Assembly: GCA_002898395.1 (NCBI GenBank)
Contig: BEHE01000013.1
Location: 1-59,413 of the forward strand
Length of the DNA: 59,413 bases
Direction of reading: 5' to 3'
Source of the DNA: Candidatus Calditenuaceae archaeon HR02
Lineage (GTDB): Archaea > Thermoproteota > Nitrososphaeria_A > Caldarchaeales > Calditenuaceae
Under the pieces are notes generated by a model. It had not been told where the DNA came from, searched no databases, and saw only the letters and a list, made by a program, of their open reading frames with translations. Position 1 is the stretch's first letter. Each line of letters starts with the position of its first letter. The position numbers were made by a program, and so were the translations under genes. Positions 1 through 7,560 of the stretch are shown piece after piece.

Positions 1-98
1 ATGCTTCACTGAGCGTCAGCAGTCTATCACTCATCATATAAACAAGTGGTAAAAATCGTTATGTAAAGTTAACTATTCAGAAACTGTTGAGAGACCCA

Positions 99-586
99 TT
101 ATAGACAGCTTCTGATTAGCTCTTCCGCCTCGTTTTTGTTCTCCATGTTGTATGTTTCGAATCCTTCTTCTTTTGCAGCTTTTAGCAGGAATTGGTCCGT
201 TGCCACGAATATTGAACATAGCCCTAATATGGCTGAAAATAGATGAAGAGCATCACCTGCCGACAAGTGTTTTTCGACGACATAGCGGAGAGAGTTGCTA
301 ACATTCTCCTGCGTTACTGGTATTATTACGAGCTTTCCTTCAGCTGTAATCTACTGGTTTCGGCTAAAATGGTCGCTATTGCTTGATTCCTCTCTTGGAG
401 CCTCGTCTCTCTTCTCCTAAACTTCCTATCTAGGGCGGCTATGGCTTCGTTTATAGACCAATAAGACATCACCATCAATACCCTGCCTTCTTCACATAAC
501 TCTAGAATCTTATCTACAGCTTCTGAGGAGGGTTCGGGGCTAAAATGCTTAACGTAGGCTGAGGTGTCAAGATATATCCTCTTCAA
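99..586 (-). pseudogene. vapC: VapC/PIN-domain toxin, frameshifted near 345-355
   Basis: The N-terminus IYLDTSAYVK stops at 326; another frame continues AEGKLVIIPV...LSAGDALHL...FVATDQFLLNAAKEEG to TAA at 99-101, a typical PIN C-terminal half. Confidence 0.8.
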
Positions 587-587
587 G

Positions 588-797
588 CTATTCTTCCCGC
601 ATCTCTAGCACGATCTTGGATAGGGGCGTTCCCTTAGCTAGGCTTCTCCTAGTCTCTTCGAGGCTGGCCTTAGTTAGGTCTATCCCCAGCCTAGATGCGA
701 TGTTTGATATCTGTGAGCTGGCCTGCTCAGGTGTTAGTGCATAGACCCCAGCTTTAATGAACCTCTCCGCAGCCCTCTCTAACTCTCCCTTATCCAC
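588..797 (-). CDS. Putative antitoxin (VapB-like)
   Basis: 69 aa ORF abutting the PIN gene; ends LSKIVLEMREE like archaeal antitoxins. Confidence 0.6.
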   Translation of the reverse strand: MDKGELERAAERFIKAGVYALTPEQASSQISNIASRLGIDLTKASLEETRRSLAKGTPLSKIVLEMREE

Positions 798-990
798 AGA
801 GTTACACCGATAATCAACATTAGATTAGCTGCTTAAATAGTTATAGACAACAAGGAAGATGCAATTATGCGAACTCATATGCTCTATTTAAATAATTTAG
901 AGATAATAGTATTAGATTTTTAGATGCCTTGTGGCCTAATTCCCTTGGTCGTATGTCCTCTTCTCTTGCTGGTGTTCCTTCATCCTAGGT

Positions 991-1128
991 TTACTCTGTG
1001 TTCAGGAGGAGGTTGTATATGATTGCCTTCTGGACTATCTCTGTTCTCATCCATCTTGGCTTCTTGGATAGTATCTCTTCCCCGAACATCGACTTGAATA
1101 CTGAGATTGCTGTTTCTTTTGTCCACCT
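991..1128 (-). pseudogene. IS5-like DDE transposase C-terminal remnant
   Basis: Translates RWTKETAISVFKSMFGEEILSKKPRWMRTEIVQKAIIYNLLL*, matching the RW-x-x-E...FK..FGE...YN pattern. Confidence 0.6.
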
Positions 1129-1398
1129 CCCCTCTCCAAGAGCTCATCTACGTAAAGCCTAACTAACTTCAGGTCAAGTACGATCTCTCCCCTCTGATCA
1201 GCCTCTCGTCAACTCTCTTCCAGTGGGGAGTCATTGAGGTTAGGGAAGTAATGACAGGCCATAGGCCTTACTCTTCACAAGGAACCATTTTCATAGCCCG
1301 GAAGCGCCAATACAAAGCCGGAGAATAGGCTCAGGAGCCGGAAAAAGACTATGAAATAAGCCACAAGGCACAAGGCACAGAAGAATTATATATTAAGT

Positions 1399-2451
1399 TT
1401 GATGTGGTATAGTGACGTGGTAATTGCAGTTAAGAACGGCAAACTGATGCATACTAGATTTAAAACATTTAGAAACGAGGAAGAGCTTAGAGACATCCTA
1501 GTGTCAAACATCGATGCCATTCCCGTATCAGAAATAAACGAAGAAGATGAAAGTATAGTGGCTTGGTGTAAAGAATTTCCCGTGGAAGGGGTTGGCTCTA
1601 TTGATATAGTTGCCGTAGGAGATGGAGGGGGAATTTACCTAATCGAGACAAAGCTTTCCGGAAATTTTAATAGACGCGAAGTAATAGGGCAAGTACTCGA
1701 TTATGCGTCTGGCATGTGGAAGTCTTTCGCCCGTAACGGAAAGGAATTTTTAGAGAGGTTAAAGAATAGAAGCGGGGCCGATATACCTCAAGAGGATGGT
1801 GAGTTTTTTAGGAAGTTGGATGAAAATTTAACTGAGGCGAATTTTAACATATTGATAGCTATGGATGGAGTGGATGAACAAACTAAAACTTTAATTAAGT
1901 TTCTAAATCAATTCACCGATCTTAAATTCATAGCGCTGGAGATAGAACGCTACGCTACCGAAAGCGAAGAACTGGAAATTATAGTCCCAAGACTGCACGG
2001 GGAAGAGGTTACGAAAATACCGCGTGCTCAACACAGACCGGATTGGTCACTAGAGAAAGTTGAGAACGAGTTACAGAAAATTTCCGACGAAAGACTGAAG
2101 GAGAGATTAAGTCGCATATTAGAATTTGCAAAGCAAAGAAATATTTTCCACCAATTAAAAAACAGACAGTCTCCAGCGTTTGGGATAGCATACAGAGGAA
2201 AATTGGTCTTGTCGATCGGTACAGACGGAGGTTTGTTTGCTTATATTGGGCAAAATGAAATAAAGAAATATCCATCAGTGGATGCCTGGAAAGGTTTTGT
2301 CCAATCATTAAAGGATTTAGGATTCTACCCACCTGACTTCAATCCTGAAACTCAGAGGGATGGAAGGAGCTCTCAAAGAAAGCTCAACGACCTTTCAGAT
2401 GAAGAATTTGAGAGGTTCCTAAAGATTTTAGACGATCTTTTTAAAAACTGA
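1399..2451 (+). CDS. PD-(D/E)XK nuclease-fold protein (NucS/DUF91-like N-terminal domain)
   Basis: KEFPV...IDIVAV...LIETKL...REVIGQVLDYA motif; AT-rich compared with the housekeeping genes; true start may be the GTG near 1417. Confidence 0.7.
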   Translation: MMWYSDVVIAVKNGKLMHTRFKTFRNEEELRDILVSNIDAIPVSEINEEDESIVAWCKEFPVEGVGSIDIVAVGDGGGIYLIETKLSGNFNRREVIGQVLDYASGMWKSFARNGKEFLERLKNRSGADIPQEDGEFFRKLDENLTEANFNILIAMDGVDEQTKTLIKFLNQFTDLKFIALEIERYATESEELEIIVPRLHGEEVTKIPRAQHRPDWSLEKVENELQKISDERLKERLSRILEFAKQRNIFHQLKNRQSPAFGIAYRGKLVLSIGTDGGLFAYIGQNEIKKYPSVDAWKGFVQSLKDLGFYPPDFNPETQRDGRSSQRKLNDLSDEEFERFLKILDDLFKN

Positions 2452-2559
2452 GAATCAATGTCTTGGTTCCATTATTACGTAATGTTGTTCTGCGGTTTAA
2501 CACCTCCTTTCACAATCTAACCGCGCGCTTTTTACTAAATTCCTTTTTCATGCCTGATT

Positions 2560-2837
2560 TAAGGGGATTGTGTATGATTGCCCTCTGGATCTTCATTCTT
2601 CTTCTAGTCTGTCAGCAGGACCTAGACACCAAGACGTTTCGATACGTTCTCGAGGGCCTTTCTGTGCTAATTCGCCTGTCCTCCTCCGCATACGCGCTCT
2701 CGACGAGCACAACCCTGCCGTCTTGATGCAGGCTAAATCCACAGCCTGCTCCTGGTTACCATTATCACAAGCCAGCCGTCCCTCTCGAAGCGACCCCTAA
2801 CCTCGTATTCGAACCTCCTCCCTTTCAGGTAGCTCAC
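2560..2837 (-). pseudogene. Hjc-like Holliday junction resolvase, degraded
   Basis: VSYLKGRRFEYEVRGRFERDGWLVI, then in shifted frames AVDLACIK and GRVVLVES; several frameshifts and stops. The lower boundary is approximate. Confidence 0.65.
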
Positions 2838-2895
2838 CTAATTCACGCTACTTCAAAACATTTATTGATCGTGATCGCGGACCTGAAATATCCGG

Positions 2896-3165
2896 ATGCG
2901 AATCTGGGAGGTCCCAAGCCAGGAGGACCCGTCTAAGACTTACGGAGGCACGTTCGACGGTGAGAGGTTCACTTGCACGTGTCCTGACTTCACCTTCAGG
3001 GCCAAAAAGCAGGGTAGGGAGTGCAAGCACATCTACGCAATCAGGGTCGCAGAGGGCCTGCTGACGGTCACCAAATCGAGCAAAGCGACGATTCAGGAGA
3101 CGATTGAAGGGGCAGAGAAGGTTGAGACGACCGAGGATACCCGCTTCGTTACCTATCTGACCTGA
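2896..3165 (+). CDS. SWIM zinc-finger protein (possibly truncated)
   Basis: CTCPDF...CKH (CxC-xn-CxH) SWIM motif. Confidence 0.75.
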   Translation: MRIWEVPSQEDPSKTYGGTFDGERFTCTCPDFTFRAKKQGRECKHIYAIRVAEGLLTVTKSSKATIQETIEGAEKVETTEDTRFVTYLT

Positions 3166-3548
3166 TAGCTAGGATGGAGGAGGAGGGTATAGGCACGGAC
3201 GCCACAAGGGCGGAATACCCATCAATAATAGTGTCTAGGGGCTATGCTGAGAGGTCTGGTGGCAGGTATGCACCCCTACCCCTCGGGAGGGCCCTCATAG
3301 AGGCGCTAAAGGGGGTAGAGAAGAGGCTAGTCACGCCGGAGACGAGGAGGACGGTCGAGGAGTACATGGGGAGGATTGAGAGGGGGGAGGTCAGCATGGG
3401 GATAGCGCTGAGGGACTCGATAGCGACGTACAGAGAGCTCCTAGAGAGATGCGCATCAAGCATAGACGTTATAGCCCACAGACTCGCCACCGCCACCGAG
3501 GACAGAAGAGTAATACAGAAGAATAGGGCAGGGAGACGGAATGGGTAG
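3153..3548 (+). pseudogene. Type IA topoisomerase C-terminal fragment
   Basis: LSDLIARMEEEGIGTDATRA...RGY...PLGRALI...LVTPE; the TOPRIM domain and active-site Tyr region are absent. Confidence 0.8.
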
Positions 3549-3632
3549 ATGAAAATGCACAAGCCTCCCACCAACAACCCAACTAACATCACCCTAACAC
3601 AACCCCAATACTGCAATACATAGAAACACATT

Positions 3633-3781
3633 ATCACTTTTCTGTGATATTGTTCTATGTTTTTGTGATGGTCTCTGAGTGGCAAATATTTGCCACCCTC
3701 AAAACGGCATAACTCCCCCGAACTCAGCATCTCTATGGGTGGGGGTTGGCAAATTTTTGCCAAGTATCACATAGCAGTGAT
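3633..3781. promoter_or_regulatory. Array of two kinds of palindromic sites
   Basis: ATCAC-N6-GTGAT at 3633-3648 and 3766-3781; GTGGCAAATATTTGCCAC at 3679-3696 and TTGGCAAATTTTTGCCAA at 3746-3763. Confidence 0.6.
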
Positions 3782-3896
3782 TACAGTATTCAGTAAATGT
3801 GGTGATGTATGGTGTTGGGGCTTATCTTATTGCTGCGACCCGGCTGAGCATCATAGAAACATAATAGGGTGGTTTAATGAGGCCGCATAGCATCAT

Positions 3897-3913
3897 CTAA
3901 ATCCTTTTATCCA
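3897..3913 (+). promoter_or_regulatory. Possible BRE/TATA promoter for the structured RNA
   Basis: CTAAATCCTTTTATCC about 27-30 nt before the first helix at 3940; similar TTTATCC boxes precede alaX (~36333) and the GT gene (~31637). Confidence 0.4.
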
Positions 3914-3939
3914 TGGGGGTCTAGCGTGTTTTCTGGATT

Positions 3940-5087
3940 GGCTCACTACTCCCCGGGTGTCTCCGGGAGGGGGTGGGCCTCCCCAGTGGCTGAGTCGCTC
4001 GGTAAGCGGGTGGCCGCGAGACCCCCCACACCCGACGGGTGTTGGGGGGCGAGAAAAGACCCTCGGCCACCAGTAGTCTTGCCCTTCGGTGGAGGCATAG
4101 GACTTAGAGGATTCTCTCTTCCCGCCACTCCTAGTCTCTTCTCCCGCCCTAGCTGGGCGGCCACCCCCTTTACTGTTGTAGTTTGGGGTGGCGGGGGGAG
4201 TGGTGGTTGGCTTACAGGGCCTTGGGACGGCTCGCTCGGGCTGACTGGGGCTGGCGGCATGCATTGGTGAGGGTGGGCCCTTAGAGGCGGAAGCCCCTGA
4301 AACGGCCCGGAAGGCCCGCAAGGGCTGACGGGCGTGTGGAGGGGGACAGGGACGGCCAGAAGACTGTAGAGGATTTAGAAGGAGTGGATATTGTTCAGAG
4401 GCCTCCTTAATGATTGCGCTGTTTCGATACGCGCACGTCTCCGCACTCTTCCCTTCCCCGGGCAAGGCCGGCCTCCCGGGTCTAACGGGGGATGTGCATA
4501 CCCAGGACGAACGGCGCGGCGTGCAGGGGGCCCCCGAGGGATGTGTGTGGAGACGGGCGCGTACCATGCCCGAAGACCACCCTGACGACGATAGATGAAA
4601 CCCCGACGAACCCCCAAAGCCCGAACCCCCATTCCTTGGAAGCCGCCGGGCTCGGGGCTCCCAACCCCCGGGCCCGGTCTGGCTCCGGGTTCGGGTGGGG
4701 GTCTCGAGGGGAGTCTAACTCCTGGGACGATGGTTCCCGGGGGATTCGCCCGGCCCCGCTCTAGGGATCAAGTCCTTGGAGTCCGGCGGGGGCGCCTCTT
4801 CTCCCAGGTGAGAAAACGTGTCTGGGAAGGAGAGCCCCTCCCGAGGGGGTGGGGAGCGGCGCCTCCTTGGGGAGGGATAAGCTCCGGAGGACGACCGCCG
4901 CCGGGGGATGGGCTCCCCGGAGCGACGATGATGCTAGCAGACCCTCCGAGGCCCCTGCCTGCCCGGGGGCCGTTGAGGAGGGGTTGGAGGGCTTCAGGGC
5001 CGTCCGCACCCCTCTACCGCCCATCTCCACTATTGATGGGGTGAATTGGAGGATACGGGTGTCCTAGAGGCCCTCCCGAGGAGGGGG
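3940..5087 (+). ncRNA. Candidate large (~1.15 kb) structured non-coding RNA, family unknown
   Basis: GC-rich region with no credible ORF, many hairpins with G-U pairs valid only on the + strand, and GNRA/UUCG loops. Confidence 0.65.
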
Positions 5088-5095
5088 GATGTGAG

Positions 5096-5251
5096 ATGAT
5101 GGGGGACACTGTCTTTGCGGTGATAGTGCTTGGAATCGTAGGGGCTTCGCTGAGGTTGAGGTGGAGGCCACCGATAGATCTTCTACTAGCGAGACTACTA
5201 GCACTGGCTCTGATGAGATATATGCTACCACTGCTGGTTCAGGTGATATAG
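5096..5251 (+). CDS. Small 51-aa hydrophobic (1-2 TM) protein
   Basis: MMGDTVFAVIVLGIVGASLRLRWRPPIDLLLARLLALALMRYMLPLLVQVI*; purine-rich SD-like sequence upstream; its TAG abuts the next ATG. Confidence 0.55.
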   Translation: MMGDTVFAVIVLGIVGASLRLRWRPPIDLLLARLLALALMRYMLPLLVQVI

Positions 5252-6103
5252 ATGGTGAGGTTCTACTGTGATGTCCACAGGAAAAAAGATGACTCAGGCT
5301 ACAGGATAACCTATACAACTGATGGCGAAGAATTTAGACACGTTGACTATCCTGTAGAGATTCCGGCAGGCCGTGGAGACCAGATATTCGTGGACGTAAT
5401 TCCAGTCGTCCACACGAATGCTTTCATAGAGCTATTGAGGAGGGGTGTCGAGGTATACTACCTGAGGCGTCTAACAATGATTAAGAAGACCCGGGAAAAG
5501 CTGGGGATAAGGTCTAAGTCTGCAAAGACAGACATAAGAGTACTAATGGCAATAGATAGTAAATGGTTCAGAAAGGTGGATGAAGACTACTTGGTAATGA
5601 GAAGGATGATCTCGAGTTTTAGATGTGTTGAGAGGACTAAGCAGAGGCTGGAGAACCAGCTTAGGGCTTCTTCTCCGGCTGCACAGGAGAGTCTGAGGAG
5701 GCTGGTTAATCATGCAGAGGTGGAGAAAGAGGTCTTGGCGGAGCTGATCTCAGAGGAGGCTGAGAAGAGATATCCAGTCTTCAAAGAGATTTCTGAAGAG
5801 CTAGGGATAACGGGAGATAGCCATATATTGGCTAGGGAGGCTCTAGCCGAATTATTAACATATGTCGACTTTAGTAAGTCCTTTAGAAGTATTCGCGGAT
5901 ACTTGGGGCTATACCGAGAACGGTCGAATAATAAGAGGTATAGTCGTGGGGTGCGCGGAGTGTTGGTGAGGCTTACGATAGCGGTAATCGGTAGAAATAG
6001 GTCGAGGGCCATAGAACAAGAGGAAGTGCTGAAGAGAATATGGCTGATGTTCAGACGGGAGACTCAGAGGCCGGCGGACATACCGGCCCAGCAGCAGGGA
6101 TAA
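5252..6103 (+). CDS. Divergent IS110/TasR-like protein (RuvC-like, coiled coil, Tnp/Nop-like domain)
   Basis: YCDVH, FVDVIP and KSAKTD acidic motifs; coiled-coil MRRMIS...RLENQL; LGITG...ALAELL...F.SIRGYLGL; SD AGGTGA; paralog at 17588-18448. Confidence 0.7.
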   Translation: MVRFYCDVHRKKDDSGYRITYTTDGEEFRHVDYPVEIPAGRGDQIFVDVIPVVHTNAFIELLRRGVEVYYLRRLTMIKKTREKLGIRSKSAKTDIRVLMAIDSKWFRKVDEDYLVMRRMISSFRCVERTKQRLENQLRASSPAAQESLRRLVNHAEVEKEVLAELISEEAEKRYPVFKEISEELGITGDSHILAREALAELLTYVDFSKSFRSIRGYLGLYRERSNNKRYSRGVRGVLVRLTIAVIGRNRSRAIEQEEVLKRIWLMFRRETQRPADIPAQQQG

Positions 6104-6228
6104 AACCCAAGAGGGGCCGGTATGTCCTGTAATTAAACGGACTGGCATCTTCGCCAGTCATGTCCAACACATAAACAACCGGCCTCTCTTGGGTTTCCTA
6201 AGTGTTGTCTGGGCTGGTCGTCCGCCGG
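6071..6228 (+). ncRNA. Candidate dual-guide hairpin RNA (copy 1)
   Basis: Long stem closing a loop with ATGTC-CTGTAATTA-AAC, hairpin GACTGGC/GCCAGTC, and ATGTC-CAACACATA-AAC; conserved with copy 2. Confidence 0.75.
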
Positions 6229-6234
6229 GCTAAA

Positions 6235-6253
6235 CCCCCTCCCCTATTTTTCC
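6235..6253 (+). terminator. Pyrimidine/T-rich tract after the hairpin RNA
   Basis: CCCCCTCCCCTATTTTTCC, conserved in copy 2 (CCTCCCTCCCCCATTTTTCC). Confidence 0.4.
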
Positions 6254-6412
6254 TGAGAATACTGGGCAATATTTGCCATATACCTCAGTTTTACTTGACG
6301 CGCTTTTCTAGAATTACACATATGTATGCGTTCCAGACTACTAACCCTTCCTGGACATAAAGTCTGCTGCCACGCCTCCTAGCACGTTTTCTCTTAAACC
6401 TTATCCCAAGGC

Positions 6413-6557
6413 GAGCGTGTCGGAAAAAATCCTCCAACCTTCGCCAAGATCGTTCTTCTGGTTATATGATGGGGGTGGAGTATTACCACTGCCTAAAAAC
6501 AACCGTGTCGCACCCATATAAAAGAGGTTAATGAACGAGGATTTTTTCGACACGCTC
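6413..6557. mobile_element. MITE with GAGCGTGTC terminal inverted repeats (probably IS5-derived)
   Basis: GAGCGTGTCGGAAAAAATCCTC / GAGGATTTTTTCGACACGCTC; the same ends occur at 23929, 26117 and 26599. Confidence 0.7.
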
Positions 6558-6615
6558 TCCCCAGACTTGGGGATGCAAAGCCTAAACAGGGAAGTTTAAT
6601 TACAAGCCTGGTTGA

Positions 6616-7062
6616 ATGGTTTTCAACGGTGAGGAGATGGAGAGAAGTTACCAGGTTGCCGAGGACTGCCTCTACACCAAGGACCACAGCTGGGTGAGGC
6701 TTGAGGGGAAGAGGTACGCTGTGATAGGCATTACGGACTATGCCCAGAGGAAGCTGCGGGAGATAATCTACGTCGAGCTCCCCAACATCAATACGAGGGT
6801 CCAGAAGAAGCAGCCCCTAGCAACGCTCGAATCAGTAAAGGCAAGCACAAGCCTATACTCGCCCATAACAGGTCGAGTAGTAGAGGTGAACACAGACCTC
6901 CTAGACAATCCCGAGGTCATAAACGAGTCGCCATACAGGGACGGCTGGATAGTCAAGCTCGAGTTCCAGAACAAGGAGGAGCTGGAGAGCCTACTGACCC
7001 CCGACGAGTATCAGAGATACGTTGAGGAGCTCGAAGAGATCGGTGAGGAGGCGGAGGAATGA
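6616..7062 (+). CDS. gcvH: Glycine cleavage system H (lipoyl carrier) protein
   Basis: YTKDHSW, IGITDYAQ, LESVKA lipoyl Lys, INESPY.GW. Confidence 0.95.
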   Translation: MVFNGEEMERSYQVAEDCLYTKDHSWVRLEGKRYAVIGITDYAQRKLREIIYVELPNINTRVQKKQPLATLESVKASTSLYSPITGRVVEVNTDLLDNPEVINESPYRDGWIVKLEFQNKEELESLLTPDEYQRYVEELEEIGEEAEE

Positions 7063-7394
7063 GGGTCAGGGTGTACAGGGTCTCCTCCTACACAGACCCT
7101 GAGACCGGCAGGCCTGGCAAGGTCATAGAGCTTGTCGAGGTTAGAAGGATTCAGCAGGCCAGCGCCCTCGGGGCTGGGCCTGAAGAATACGTAATGGCCC
7201 AGAGGCTACTCCAGAGCCTCATGGCGCAGCTCCAGAGCATGGGCCTCATGCCGCCCCAAAGAGACATAATCATTCCCAAGATTACGCTGATACTGACCGA
7301 GGAGGAGTACGACCTGCTAGGCGTCAAGCTCGAGGTAAACGAGGAGTTCGACATCGAGTTCAGTGATGGGAAGATAACGTTTAAGCCAGTGTAG
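7059..7394 (+). CDS. Arcadin-1 homolog
   Basis: DPETG..GKVIELVE...PKITLILTEEEY...I.FSDGKITFKP resembles Pyrobaculum arcadin-1 (from recall). Confidence 0.75.
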   Translation: MRVRVYRVSSYTDPETGRPGKVIELVEVRRIQQASALGAGPEEYVMAQRLLQSLMAQLQSMGLMPPQRDIIIPKITLILTEEEYDLLGVKLEVNEEFDIEFSDGKITFKPV

Positions 7395-7410
7395 CCGGCT
7401 GCGTGTCCTC

Positions 7411-7560
7411 ATGCCCCGGATATTCTTCAGGTGCAGGATCTGCCGCGAGGAGAGGGAGGCGGTGGTGGTCTTCGAGAAGGGAGAATATCTCCAGGTCACA
7501 TGCGAGCGCGGCCATACACAATTCATAGCCAAGAGGGAGGCGCGGATCACCGGTGGGTGA
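7411..7560 (+). CDS. Small zinc-ribbon protein (49 aa)
   Basis: MPRIFFRCRICREEREAVVVFEKGEYLQVTCERGHTQFIAKREARITGG*; CxxC...CxxGH; below the ORF-track cutoff. Confidence 0.6.
   Translation: MPRIFFRCRICREEREAVVVFEKGEYLQVTCERGHTQFIAKREARITGG

Noticed and set aside
4303-4325. GGCCCGGAAGG resembling SRP RNA helix 8
   Set aside because: The flanking CCAGG and AGCA of the SRP motif are absent and the region is far longer than SRP RNA.
4582-4601. CTGACGA...GAAAC hammerhead-like core
   Set aside because: No stem II between the motifs and no convincing stem I; not supportable by eye.
3893-5067. Numerous overlapping ORFs in the GC-rich block
   Set aside because: Low-complexity Pro/Gly/Arg translations on both strands with no motifs; expected from scarcity of stop codons at high GC.
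3940-5087. RNase P, rRNA, group I or group II intron identity
   Set aside because: No GAGGAAAGUCC, no universal rRNA motifs, no complete P7 pair, no domain V, and no interrupted host gene found.
6071-6228. CRISPR or multi-unit TIGR array, or a plain terminator
   Set aside because: Only one unit per locus, so not an array; the symmetric boxed loop conserved across copies is more than a terminator requires.
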